From: Podarcis cretensis
Taxonomy: Eukaryota
NCBI GenBank assembly: GCA_951804945.1
Contig: OX638160.1
Span: 59,706,001-59,770,000 of the forward strand
Direction: 5' to 3'
Length of the DNA stretch: 64,000 bases
This document shows, piece by piece, positions 12,805-24,338 of this stretch. The position numbers were made by a program, and so were the translations under genes. Numbering within the stretch: the first letter of the stretch is position 1; each line of letters starts with the position of its first letter. The notes under the pieces are model-generated. The model had not been told where the DNA came from. It worked only from the letters and a program-made list of their open reading frames with translations, and searched no databases.

Positions 12805-13655
12805 TCCAGTGATGCAAAGGAGTGGTGGGAGGCATCAGCTGGGAAACCCCCAAGGGAACCCCCAAAGGAAGAAGGCTCACAGCCAGGGATTGGTGGTGGG
12901 GTGACAATGAGCGGTCAGAGGGAGAAGAGGGATCAGTCTGGGAGGAGGTGTGTCAGAAGCTGAAGAGGTAACAGAGTTTTGTGAGCAGGAAGAGGCTGGG
13001 GCAGAGAGCAGTCCAGAATCAGAGGTGGAAGCGGGAGGGTGCACTGGCATAACTAGTGGGTATGGGAGATGCAGACCGCCCAGGGTGGCACAGGGCAGCA
13101 CAGCAAGAGGGGCGATGAAAGGCCCAGCTATACCACTGAGTGGGCAGGGAAGGGATGGTGCCAGAAAGTGAGTGGGGGCAGAGATAAGTTACGGAGAGAA
13201 GTGTGTGTGTGAATGTGTAGTCTTAATTGGTGGAAAGGTATTTGAACACTGGGCCATATTGAAATTTGGGGGTGGGGCAAAATCCCTAGCTGTGCCACTG
13301 GGAGAGGGGTCAAGAGACAGCAGTGAGTCAGGCTGTTGAGGAAGCCAGGCTGTCTCCCCCTTCTGCAGCAACCAGCTTCCCTCCCCCCTTGTCCCCCAGA
13401 ACCCAAATAGGTATGAAGAGGGTGGAGCAGAGACAGGCAAGACAAAGTAGCCTCAGATTGCCAGGGGCGGGGAGACTTAGAAGCTGTGGGAAGGTGGGGA
13501 CCTTCAGTCCTTGCAACTGTCTCAATGGACCAAGGTCTACTGCGAAGAGTTGCTGTGCTCACTAGGCCTAAGCTGTTTTGCTTCTTTGGATAAAGAGTTA
13601 ACTTCACTGACACCTTGTGAGTTGTTGCTGACCTACTCCCAACATCTGCCCTGAC
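12805..13655 (+). mobile_element. LTR-like GA-rich element (same family as 15345, 17795, 20230), interrupted by a MITE
   Basis: Shared blocks such as gaagaaggctc, gtgtcagaagctgaagagg and tccccagaacc; ends approximate. Confidence 0.6.
13042..13300. mobile_element. hAT-like MITE nested in the LTR-like element
   Basis: Imperfect TIRs cactggcataactag / ctagctgtgccactg; degenerate 8-bp flanks ggagggtg / ggagaggg. Confidence 0.6.
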
Positions 13656-13829
13656 TCCTGCAGACACCAACCAAGTGCCCCCCCCAACCAGGGCCAGGGA
13701 GCCAAGCACCTCCCAGTCAGCAGGGCCTTCTCAGTGGTGCATGGAGTGGCCCCTAGGGAGAACCACTTGCCTATAGCTGAGTTATCCATATAAGGCAGGG
13801 TGGAGAAACTCAGGCCTGAGAGCCAGAAG

Positions 13830-13919
13830 CATAGCTGTCAGCGTTTCCCTTTTTTAAAGGGAAATTCCCTTATTCTGAATAGGATTCCTCGCAAGAAAAG
13901 GGAAAAGTTGACAGCTATG
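13830..13919. mobile_element. 90-bp hAT-type MITE with perfect 8-bp TSD
   Basis: TIR CATAGCTGTCA / TGACAGCTATG; TSD GCCAGAAG at 13822-13829 and 13920-13927. Confidence 0.9.
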
Positions 13920-14032
13920 GCCAGAAGCAACCCTGCATGCCTCTCTAGCTGCCCACCACAGGACTCTTCCTAGGCCATGCCCCCTCCCCAGGCACTGAGC
14001 ACACCCTCCTTGAGTGTTTTTGCCTTGCTAGT

Positions 14033-14605
14033 GACAGCCCTTAGGATATTTGAAGATGTCTATCATATCTCCTTTCAGTCTCCTCTTTCCCAGGCTAAAC
14101 ATACCCAGCTCCTTCAACCATTCATGGCTTGGTTTCCAGACCCTTGATCATCTTTGTTGCCTTCCTTTGCACATGTTCCAGCTTGTCAACATCCTTCTTA
14201 AATTGTGGCGCCCAGAACTGGACACAGGACTCTACATGGGGGTCTAACCAAGGCAAAATAGAGCAATACTATTACTTCCCTTGATCGGAACACTAGACTT
14301 CTGTTGATGCAGCCTAGAATAGCATTAGCTTTTTTTGCTGCTGCATCACACTGTGGACTCATGTTAAGCTTGTGGTCAACTAAGACCTCCAAGATCCTTT
14401 TCAGATGTATTGTTAGTAAGCCAGGTATCCTCCATCTTATATTTGTGCAGCTGGTTCTTCCTGCCTAAATGCAAAACCTTACATTTGTCCCTACTGAAAT
14501 TCATTTTGTTAGCTTGGACCCAGTTTTCAAATTGATTCTGTCTTCTGCAGCATTAGCTACCCCTCACAATTTGGTGTCATCTGCGAATTTGATGAGCATC
14601 CCCTA
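14033..14605 (-). mobile_element. CR1 LINE internal ORF2 fragment
   Basis: Minus ORF 14198..14392 ([28 protein letters not shown]) is homologous to the 4938 ORF. Confidence 0.9.
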
Positions 14606-15344
14606 AATTCTGTATTTTCCATGCTGCACTTGCAGGTAAATTTACATCAGTCACAACAGTATTGAGCAGGAGATCAAGAGTCAGTTGTTTCTTTTATTAG
14701 CAAGTGCTGTAACTATAAATAGACCACTCAAGCTAGATTTAGCTCCCAGCACAAGCATCTTGGACAGCAAACCAAGTATCCCCCCCATCTTTTTCTTTCA
14801 CTCTTAGCTTTTCTCTCACCATGAGCACACACCTGCATGCAAAGGCATTTAACATCTCTTCTAAGAAAACTGAAGGTGACATGAGTGTTGTATTGCTGTA
14901 GTATTGTAAGTAGGCCAGGTCAGGTAAGGACAGCAAGCTGAACAGTTACAGTTTCCCCGTTTTCCTCTGCTCATCATGTTTCCATTAACTCCCCAGAAAT
15001 AAGAACTGAGTGATTTCTTCATTCCTGAAATCAGCTGGAATAAACAGGGAGCAGAACTTGTGCACTTCGCTTCATGTTGGGTTGGGCATCTGTTTTACCT
15101 CCTCCCCCATCATTCAGCAAACACTCAGAAACAGCCATTAACTTTTGGAAACAACACTAACATCTCTGAGCTCGGGGGGGGGGGTCTTTTTTAAGTGAAA
15201 TCACAATAAAGAATTTGATTTTGTTATTGGATTTCTTAAACTGGGACTGTAGAAAGTGTCTAAAAATGGAAATAGAATGTCTTGAAAGGAATGGGGAACA
15301 GATAGTGTTGCTCACAATTAAATTTAAAATATTTTTAAAACCCT

Positions 15345-15562
15345 AGTCAGGACTGGCTGGGTGCAGAAGAGTGGTGGCAGGCACTAGCTGGGAAACCCCA
15401 AGAGAAGAAGGCTCTGAGCCAGGGGGGTGGTAGTGGGACAACAAAGAGTGGTCAGAGGGCGAAGAGGGAGCAAACTTGGTGATGGTGTCAGAAGCTGAAG
15501 AGGCAACAGGGTTTAGGGAGCAGGAAGAGGCTGTGGGCCGCCTGGAGTCAGAGGTGGGGGGG
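15345..15562 (+). mobile_element. Truncated 5' part of the LTR-like GA-rich element
   Basis: gtcagggactgg start; blocks shared with the 12805 and 17795 copies. Confidence 0.65.
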
Positions 15563-17292
15563 CAGGAATTGGGTTGAACAACCATTCTTGGGATGCAGAG
15601 ATTACATGCTTTAAATGTGTGGTGTGTGCACAACCTGTTGCTTTAGTCAGCAAGGCTGTTCTTGAATATTCCACATAATTTAATGTTACATTTCTCTTTT
15701 AGTTTTGTCTCTGGAAGTACTTGTGTATATGTGACATAACTATGAGGCCTTTAAGGTTATATCTCAACAGCTTTAGCATAAATCCTGATCATTTGTGAAG
15801 TGATTTTTGAGCTATATACTTCTGTTCTCTAGTCTACTGTCTGGAGAATAGGATGGCCCCTAAAAATACATCTTGGTCATTCCTGTGCTAGGCTATTGAT
15901 GTGTACGTGTTCACATCCTACCATTCATGCATGCAAAGTTTAGAACCAGCCCTTTCAAACATCAGTCACTTAGGATGATTAGTTTAAGGAGCTGAGATCC
16001 AAATTAAAAGGATGCTGCAACCTGAATAATTGAAAAGGCACAAGCAAGGAAATGGAAGAATTATAATCTAATGCTAGCTTCATGAAGTCAGGTTCCCCCC
16101 CCCCCCCCGCCCCCATAATCATGCACACACAAGCACACAGCAAGCTCTTAGTATGAATTATTCATTGCAACATACCTCTGTGCGCTCGAGGGTACCATAT
16201 ATTCTTAATTGGTTTTTTATATAAAAAGAATTTCATGGATATGCAGCCTAACTGCTACAGGGAGAAAAACTGGCTATTTGATCTGAATTGCCAAATAATA
16301 GGCAAACAAAAGAAGCAAGGTGTATTTTAGCCTGTGGCGTTAACTAGCTATTTACATTAGCTGATTGCAGCAGAAAAGTGAATGAGAGCCCCAAAACCTA
16401 GAGATATGTTAGCTGCTCTGGTTGGAATCAAAGGACTGGATTTCTGAGCTAATTAGGATGCAACAAAATAGGGTCCCTGGTAATATGGGGCAGGTAGGAC
16501 ATTTGCAGAGCAGTATTGGTGGGTGAGAGATGCTTCATCTTTCCTGTAGCCACCAGTTCTTTCCTGCAGATCTGTCCTTGACATTTTAATACAGATCTGG
16601 CTCCCTAGTTGGAAGAAACCTGGCATGGGATGGATGGGGGTAGAATAGGTGTCGGGGGTATTTGTAGGTGAGAGTAGGCAGGTGCATGAAAGGCTGAGGA
16701 CCTCTGTTCCTTCCCATTATTCTCTCCTGCACAGGCTGTGATCATGCCATGAGGCAAACTTGTATTTGGGAAATGTGTGTTTACCAGCAAGCTATACAAT
16801 CCTTTCTTTCCATGGTAAAGGGCAATGGATTTGGATGTGGTCAGTATGAGGGGCTGATGCTGCAAGCAGGAAAAGAAATTGAGCCTCAGACTTTTCTTGG
16901 ATTGAATTTGCTATGCTGTTGTACATGGAGTCAGTTTTTCCAATGAATTTAATAAATGGACCTGAATTTTCAGAGTAACTAATGGTTTAGGCTTTTTCTT
17001 TTTATTTTGAAGTGACCAACATGGCCAGAGGTGCCACCTTGGGCCAAAGATTTGGAGAGACATTGTAGTATCATGCACACATGTGATGCACGCCAGGGAC
17101 GTCACATGTGTGGGACGCAGCATCAGGAGGAGGCACATTAATGGGAAGAGGCCTTGCCCAGCTTCAGTGACTGTGGCTCCTCCTCTCGTGCTCAGAAGGA
17201 GCTTGCCTTTGATGCTGCACTGTGCTCGGCTCAGTGATTCAGCCTCCTCTGCCCCCTCAATATTGGGGGGCAAAGCCCCCTGCTAAGGAATA

Positions 17293-17506
17293 CAGTGGTA
17301 CCTCTGGTTACATACTTAATTCGTTCCGGAGATCCGTTCTTAACCTGAAGCACCACTTTAGCTAATGGGGCTTCCCGCTGCCGCTGCGCGATTTCTGTTC
17401 TCATCCTGAAGCAAATTTCTTAACCCGAGGTGCTATTTCTGGGTTAGCAGAGTCTGTAACCTGAAGCGTATGTAACCTGAAGCGTATGTAACCCGAGGTA
17501 CCACTG
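17293..17506. mobile_element. Tc1/mariner (Tigger-like) MITE with TA TSD
   Basis: TA|CAGTGGTACCTC...GAGGTACCACTG|TA. Confidence 0.9.
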
Positions 17507-17794
17507 TACTGAAGAAGCTGATGACGCCTCCACCCGCTAGATGTGGTATACCTGAACATGGTACACTCAGTGGACTGGATTTCTAACACTCCCCCCCCAA
17601 AGGTGTTGCTTCTCAGTTCCCAGTGCCTGTATGGTTTTTAGTCTCCTACCACAGTCTTTGTCCAGTTGATAGGCCAGTGTTAATTAGAAAATACATCAGA
17701 TGGTTGCTCCATCATGCTTATGTAATTAATGTTGGGAGCATTAATCGATAACCTTGAGTGTATGACTGCATGGACAGCAAAACAAGAGGGACTG

Positions 17795-18389
17795 TGTTAG
17801 GGACCAGTTTGATGCGGAGGAATGGAGAGAGGAACCAGCTAGGAAACCACCAAGGGAAGAAGGCCCAGAGCGCAGGGAGTGGTGGTGGGTAGTCAGGGAG
17901 AAGGCTGGGCAGTGGAGGTGTTGGAAGCTGAAGAGGTAACAGGGCTTAGTGAGCTGGGAGAGTCTGTGGCTGAGTGATATCTAGAATCAGAGGCAGAAGC
18001 TGAAGCAGGAGGGTGGGAGGAGAGAGGCCAAGAGACACAGATGAGGCAGGCAGGCGTCTCCCATTTCTGCTACGACAAGCTCCCCTCCCCTCTTGTCTCT
18101 TGGAACCAGAAGAGGCAAGAAACAGGTGAAGTAGCAACAGGCTGCATGCAGATGCAGTTTCTGATTGCTTGGGGAAAGCCCTGGAGAAGAAGGGACATAG
18201 ACAGCTGTGGGGAGGTGGGGCCTTTCAGTCTCAGCAACTGATTTTCATGGAATAAGACCAAGGATGAGCTGCTGTGTTCATTAGGCTTGATAGTCAACCA
18301 AATCTGTGGAGATTGTGTTTTTGCTCAAAATAAGAGAGTTAAATCTAACTTGGGACAGGATTGTTTTATTGCCGGCTTGCTCTTTGACA
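17795..18389 (+). mobile_element. LTR-like GA-rich element
   Basis: TGTTAGGGA...TCTTTGACA ends; near-TSD gactg / cactg; aataa-type signal near the 3' end. Confidence 0.65.
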
Positions 18390-19049
18390 CACTGGTACTC
18401 TATGCTGGTGAGTACTGTATTCTTCCAACTGACACCTCCACATGGCTGCTGTGATTCGGTATCTTGCCTCCATGGTTTACATAACCAGCCCCTTACAGAA
18501 GTACAAGGTGTCACAAATGGTAGGAAGCCTAACTCAGCCTAACTCAATACCACCTTCAGGGTTCCAGTCATGGATCTCTCTCAGCCTTGCCTGCAGATTC
18601 CAGAATTAGACTTGGTTCCTTTTACATGCCAAGTGTTGCCACTGAGTTCTGGCCTTTCTCAGAGATACCACCATGTGGGTTGTGGGCTGCCTAAAACAGT
18701 TTCTGATCATTCCTGGGGCACTTGTATGTGGGCAACATATATATATATGATCTGGCCTTAATTGTAACTTTATGAAATACAGCTTGTTTCCACAACAAGG
18801 ATGCAAATCTGAAACACTCTGTGAAACACAAATCTTAAACACTTTGTGTGAGGCAGTGACCTCAAGCCTCTGCTTTTCAGACTTTTGGGAAATGTTCAAT
18901 TGGATGGCGTGGTCTGTTTTCATAGTTTTTCCTGGGATTTATTAGATTGCTGGATATAGATAACTAGATATATGTGCCCCAGGGATAGTTGGGTCAGAAC
19001 CAGCACAGCTCACCTCTAAGCTGTCTACCGTTTCTTGTGTTTTTTGTAG

Positions 19050-19192
19050 CTCTTCAGCTTTGTCTCCCTGCCCACTGATGTCTTGGAAATAGAGGTGAAG
19101 GACAAGTTTGCAAAGAGTCGGCCGATCATTAAGCGCTTCTTGGGGAAGCTTTCCATGCCAGTGCAACGGCTCCTGGAGAAACATGCCATTGG
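19050..19192 (+). CDS. HECW1: HECW1 exon, C2 domain ([48 protein letters not shown])
   Basis: Acceptor tttttgtag, donor TGG|gtaacc; 143 nt, phase 0 to 2; translated by hand. Confidence 0.95.
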
Positions 19193-19779
19193 GTAACCCT
19201 CTGAGCACGGCTCTCTGCTCTTTAAGTGTTGATGAAAAGGAGAGCAACTATTGCTTTATGTCATAAAAAACATTGTGCTATTTTTGCTTTTGGAAAGCAG
19301 TTGCTCTACTTATGTATGCAGGTGCTTTTACCTTAGGCTGGCCTGTGGCTGTAATAAAGATTTGACTTGACTATATTAATGACCATTTATTGTCTGGGTT
19401 GTGATGTATTTTTTAAAAAAACCAGAATATATAATGCTGAAAATTTTGTTGTGGATGATGATGATGATTTATTAAATTTATATGCTGCCCTTCATCCAAG
19501 GGGGTTTACAGTATAAAAACACAAAAACACATAGTATGGGGCCAAAGTGGACATTACTTAAGGTGCATGTAATCATTTAACGTGCCTGTTTTTTGTGGGG
19601 GGTGGGGAGGTATTGAGCTAGGTTTGACTTAGAGTAAACCCATTGAAATTAATGAACATGAATAAGTTAAGTTCATAAATAATGCATATTATAAATAAAT
19701 AAATAATACAAGTTAATTGTAGTGAATGAAAGTGCTGCAGTAATAAAATTCATCTAAGCATGGCCTTGTTTTCTTACAG

Positions 19780-19880
19780 TGACAGGGTTGTCAGCTACAC
19801 TTTGGGACGAAGGCTGCCAACAGACCATGTCAGTGGCCAGCTACAGTTTCGATTTGAGATAACTTCTTCAATCCACCCAG
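19780..19880 (+). CDS. HECW1: HECW1 exon, end of C2 domain ([33 protein letters not shown])
   Basis: Acceptor ttcttacag, donor CAG|gtattc; 101 nt, phase 2 to 1. Confidence 0.95.
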
Positions 19881-20229
19881 GTATTCTTCCACAGTGTTGC
19901 TTTCTGTATTGCTTGACTTAACATATGCCTAGTTCAGGAAGTTACCTAAACCATTGTTCAGATGATTGGGAAGGAACCATGATAGGCTTACCTCTCTTTC
20001 TTCCCATTCATACACAAAAGAAGAAGAGAAAAAGCTTCTGTCTTCACTTAGAACAAACCACAGTTCCTCATTATTCATAGCTCAGGGAACTGTGGTTTGT
20101 TCTAATCAGAAGCTAACAAACCATGATCTGAAACCATGGCTTGAGCCTGGTTTGGTTGAAATAAGCTACAGTAACCTGAGTTTGTATGCAATGGGGAACT
20201 GTGGCTACCATTCTTTCATGCTTCTGGTA

Positions 20230-20730
20230 TGTTAGGGACTGGCAGGATGCTGACAAGTGTGCACCCGGGGCAGGAGGGCTGGAGTTGGACTCAAGAAACG
20301 GGAGCAGTGATTTGTGGGGAACTGTACCAGCCAGGAGGCAAGAGTCAGAGGCAAGGGAAGCTTCAGAGCTGGAGGGTGAAGCACAGGATGGATCAGAAGA
20401 AGAGGAGGAAGAGGCAGGTCAGGCAAGTGAAGGTCCAGGTGCTTCCTCACCCTCGCCTGCACCACTGTCTCCCAGAACCAGGAGGGGAGTGAAGAAGAAA
20501 GAGCAGAGGCAGCTTCCACACAGGCGTAGTCTCCAGCTACATGCACACAGCCTGTTCGAGGAAGATACAAGCTGGGGGGGGGGGCATAGCCTCCTCTTGT
20601 TGCAACTGCTTCATAGAACACAGACCTGAGAATAACTGGGTATTTGGAGCTGGGGAAACTACTGTTAAATGTCAGGATTGACAATAACTACCTGCCATGT
20701 ACATCCCTTTGACTGGGGAGAGCCCTTACA
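20230..20730 (+). mobile_element. LTR-like GA-rich element with an open acidic ORF
   Basis: TGTTAGGG...CCCTTACA ends; near-TSD tggta / tggtg; ORF 20186..20629 runs through it. Confidence 0.7.
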
Positions 20731-21399
20731 TGGTGTGAGGAGGAGGAAAAGATGGTAGGGGGAGCATTCCTAGTCGCCTTTACCATTTGCATTTTATATA
20801 TTTTCTAAACAAAAGGGCATAGTAATTGCTTGACATAATCATTTCAAATATTGACTTAGAAGTAAATGGAATCATTAAACCCACACAGGAGAATATACTT
20901 TAATAATATACCGTATGACATTTTAATTTTTAGAAATTGTGCATCACACAGCATATACTTATGGCTGTGTGAATATGCAAAAGGATAGTAACAAGAAGTT
21001 AACCTCATGCATAAAACAAACAGATAAATTGTCTTTTATTTCTTGTTTACTTTTCTTGCATGCAAAACCAGAAAGATGGACCATTCTTGCCTCAATAAAT
21101 ATGGTACAGGCAACAACTGTTTTGCGTGGGGGTTGTGGTTCTTACCCCCATGCGTGTCTGTGGAGTGCATATAATTTTAGGGTGTGGGGGAGTTTAATCT
21201 GGGTGTGGGGGAGTTTAACCACCCCGCTGTTAATGATATATGTGATGTGGCCTTTATTCCTGAGCATGCCTCAATTGAAAAGCATCTTCCCTGTTTCAGT
21301 TTAGGTTACGATAGCACAAGCCAATGTGATACTTATGCACATGATTCAGCAAATGGCTTTGCTTGCTTAAGTAACACCTTTCCTTCATGTTCCCAACAG

Positions 21400-22764
21400 A
21401 TGATGAAGAGGTCTCTATTACTGCAGATCCTGAGTCAGCTGATTTCCAGGAAAGCACCATGAATATCTCAGCAGAGGAAATCCTTGGTGAGCCTCCGTGC
21501 ACCAGCACAGTGAGCTCAGAAAGTGCAGTTCCAGAGAAGCTAAATGGATACCCAGTGATCTACATCAATGTTGATAGCTCTGGTGCTGGGGAGCTCACCC
21601 TGAACAGCTTCCTAAAAGAAGAGCTAGCAGGAAATGGGGAGGCTGATGCAGTGCCAGCAGACACGGCTGATCCCTTGGAATCCACCCCAGGGGAAATGCT
21701 GCCTTCCCTGAGTGCTATGGACCTCACTGAGCAACTGGCTCTGTTGGCATGCACACCCCCTGAATCTGAAGTTAGGGAAAACAATAAAGTCAATTCTGTT
21801 ACCCAGGGAGACAACGACATCTTTGCCAGCATAGAAGCCTTGTCAATTGATGAGGTGAGTGGGGAAATGCAAGCTCTCAAGGATCTAGAGAAGAGTCAGG
21901 ATGATGAAGGCGCTTCAGCCCAGGAGGAAGAAGAAGACAATGATGAGGAAAAGGAGAAGAACAAGCTGCAGCTGAGGACCACAGCGAAAAGGAAGAACAG
22001 GCCTTGCTCCTTGCCTGTGTCAGAACTTGAGACAGTCATAGCGTCTGCCTGTGGAGAGCCTGAGACCCCACGTACACACTACATAAGAATACACAATCTC
22101 CTACACAGCTTGCCTTCAGCCCAGATGAGCAGTGATGATGGAGAAGGGGAAGAGGAACAAGGCAGTGTGGTAGAGAATGATGAAGAGCTGACAGTCAGGG
22201 AAGTGTCAGAGAAAGACATGGCCAGTGAGACTGAGACAGTCTTAGCAGAAGCTCCCCATGAAAACAGAGTGGAAGAGGCCTCCATGGAGCACCTAGCTGA
22301 CTTAAATGAACAACAGCTGGATGGTGAAGGGCCCAGAACGGAAAGTGAGAGTGAACTGAGTCCTAGGCCTAATGGTGATGCTGAGTGCGAAATGTGCGAC
22401 ACTTCCTGCTACAGCCCGTCTTGCTACAGCACTTCCTGCTACAGCACTTCCTGCTACAGCACTTCCTGCTACAGCACCTCTGGCCAGGACAGCGCCAACC
22501 GGTTCTCAAGCCATACCCGATTCTCTTCTGTGGACAGTGCAAAGATTTCTGAGAGCACAGTTTTTTCTTCACAGGATGATGAGGAAGAGGAGAACAGTGC
22601 TTTTGAGTCAGTGCCAGACTCGGTTCAAAGCCCTGAGCTTGACAGGGAGCAAGGGGATGGCTCTGCCCATTGGCCTGAGGAATTGGTAGCTCGTGGAGTG
22701 AATCTGCCAAGAACAGCAGAAAGCGTAGAGTCTCCAGTAGCAGGCCCAAGCAACAGAAGAGAAG
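21400..22764 (+). CDS. HECW1: HECW1 large exon encoding the acidic, low-complexity linker with SCYS repeats
   Basis: Within ORF 21387..22769; acceptor tcccaacag, donor AAG|gttaga; 1365 nt, phase 1 to 1; motifs RPCSLPVSELETVIASACG and HTRFSSVDSAKISESTVFSSQDD. Confidence 0.95.
22401..22480 (+). repeat. Coding 15-bp tandem repeat (ACTTCCTGCTACAGC) encoding 5x SCYS[P/T]
   Basis: Direct reading inside the large exon. Confidence 0.95.
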
Positions 22765-23395
22765 GTTAGACTTGGAGGAGCAATACGTTGATTATCTATA
22801 CTAGGCATTATGAGAGATAACTAATGACCAAGCTCTGGTCAGTTTTGTTGGGCAGTACTTAACACCCTGCTTGGGGGGAAAGAAACAGGAATTAAGTGTT
22901 CTTACATGGTCAGTTTATTATTGATGTGACACTGGTGGTAGGCACAAACGATGCGTCGGCTGGATTCTCTTGGTCACGTGCATAAATGAGTTCCTGAACA
23001 CTTAACCTATATGTTGTGCATGTCACTGTAGGGAATCTTAGGATTGCCACTTTGCAACCTGGGCACCAAACACATAACTTTAAATCACCTGGTTCTGTGG
23101 GAGACAAAGCAGCCGTGCCTCTTCTCACCACTTCCCTCCTTGGTCGTGAGGTCCATCTCTTCTCCCTCACTGTTACGTGACACGCCTGCAGTCCTACCCC
23201 TACAGAAAATAAGAGCTGTGTGGGGAGTACAAGGCCAGAGAGGGAGGTGGTGGGAAGATTTGTGGTTTCTTCATTGCCTAGACCATCAGGAGATTTAAAA
23301 ACATGTCTAGTTCAGAATCAGTAGTCCCTTCATAGCACTCCTTTTTTCAGTGGGGCTTTTTCCTGGTTTATATAAAAAATATTTCATTTCACCTC

Positions 23396-23397
<2 letters not shown>

Positions 23398-23426
<29 letters not shown>
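23398..23426. repeat. (GT)n microsatellite
   Basis: Direct reading. Confidence 0.95.
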
Positions 23427-23992
23427 GATGAGGAGAGAGAGTTCGTGCATGGGGAGGGCTACATCCTCATCTGGTGTATTAAGCTGCTGCAGTGTGCAAC
23501 ATGTGAGGATCTCGCTCAGTAGGACTTTGTATGCCAACATCTAAATCTCTCTTTGTATTTGAAGTAGTTTCAGACTCTACCAGTCATGTGACTTCTTGGC
23601 AAAACATATAAATTGTGGGGAGCAGTGTAAAAAGGGCTTCTTGTGGTGAATCAAGTCTGTGCCGTATCATTGTGGTGAAATGCTAATCTCCACAGTTAGA
23701 TTAAAATGGCATGCTTATGCTTCACCTTTCAACCACTCCTTTCCTTCTGTCCCCTTTGCAGAAGCAAAAATAACCTCAAATTTCATTTGATTTAGGCATT
23801 CAAAGCAATTTGATTTGCATTGTACTTGTGCACTGAGCTTTTTTGATATTTTGTAAATTTTGTTTGCTGTCTTGACTTTGCTTTTGTTGGAGGGGAAGCA
23901 GGGCACACATTTTCAAAATAGTAAAAAAATAGCATAGATTGCAGTCTTTGCTTTTGGTTAGTTGAAAAAAAGAACATGGTGGATAATCTCTA

Positions 23993-24117
23993 CAGCAGGC
24001 CCTCCAGATGTTTTGGAACTACAACTCCCATCATCTCTAGCTAACAGGACCAGTGCTCAGGGATGATGGGAATTGTAGTCCCAAATCATCTGGAGGGTCG
24101 AGTGTGCCTATGCCTGC
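23993..24117. mobile_element. Palindromic hAT (Charlie-like) MITE fragment
   Basis: Inverted arms ccctccagatg..actacaactcccatcatc / gatgatgggaattgtagt..catctggaggg. Confidence 0.75.
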
Positions 24118-24144
24118 TCTACAGGTTTTCATATATTGTGTAAA

Positions 24145-24338
24145 GCAGAGCTTTCCAAACTGTGTGTCACGACATGTCAGTGTGTCGGTGTGTCACCCGA
24201 ATGCTCCCTGTGCTCCCCACAGGGCTGGAAAGGGGTTAGTTTAACCTCTGGTTTGCTAGTAAAACTAAATTACTGTGTCGCAAAATGATGCACGTCTAAA
24301 AAGTTTGTAACCAACATGAAAAGTTTGGGAAAGTTTGG
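24145..24338. mobile_element. hAT-like MITE
   Basis: Imperfect TIRs cagagctttccaaact / agtttgggaaagtttg. Confidence 0.55.

Noticed and set aside
21387-22769. Stand-alone single-exon 460-aa gene
   Set aside because: Bounded by splice sites in phase with the neighbouring HECW1 exons; the ATG is intronic.
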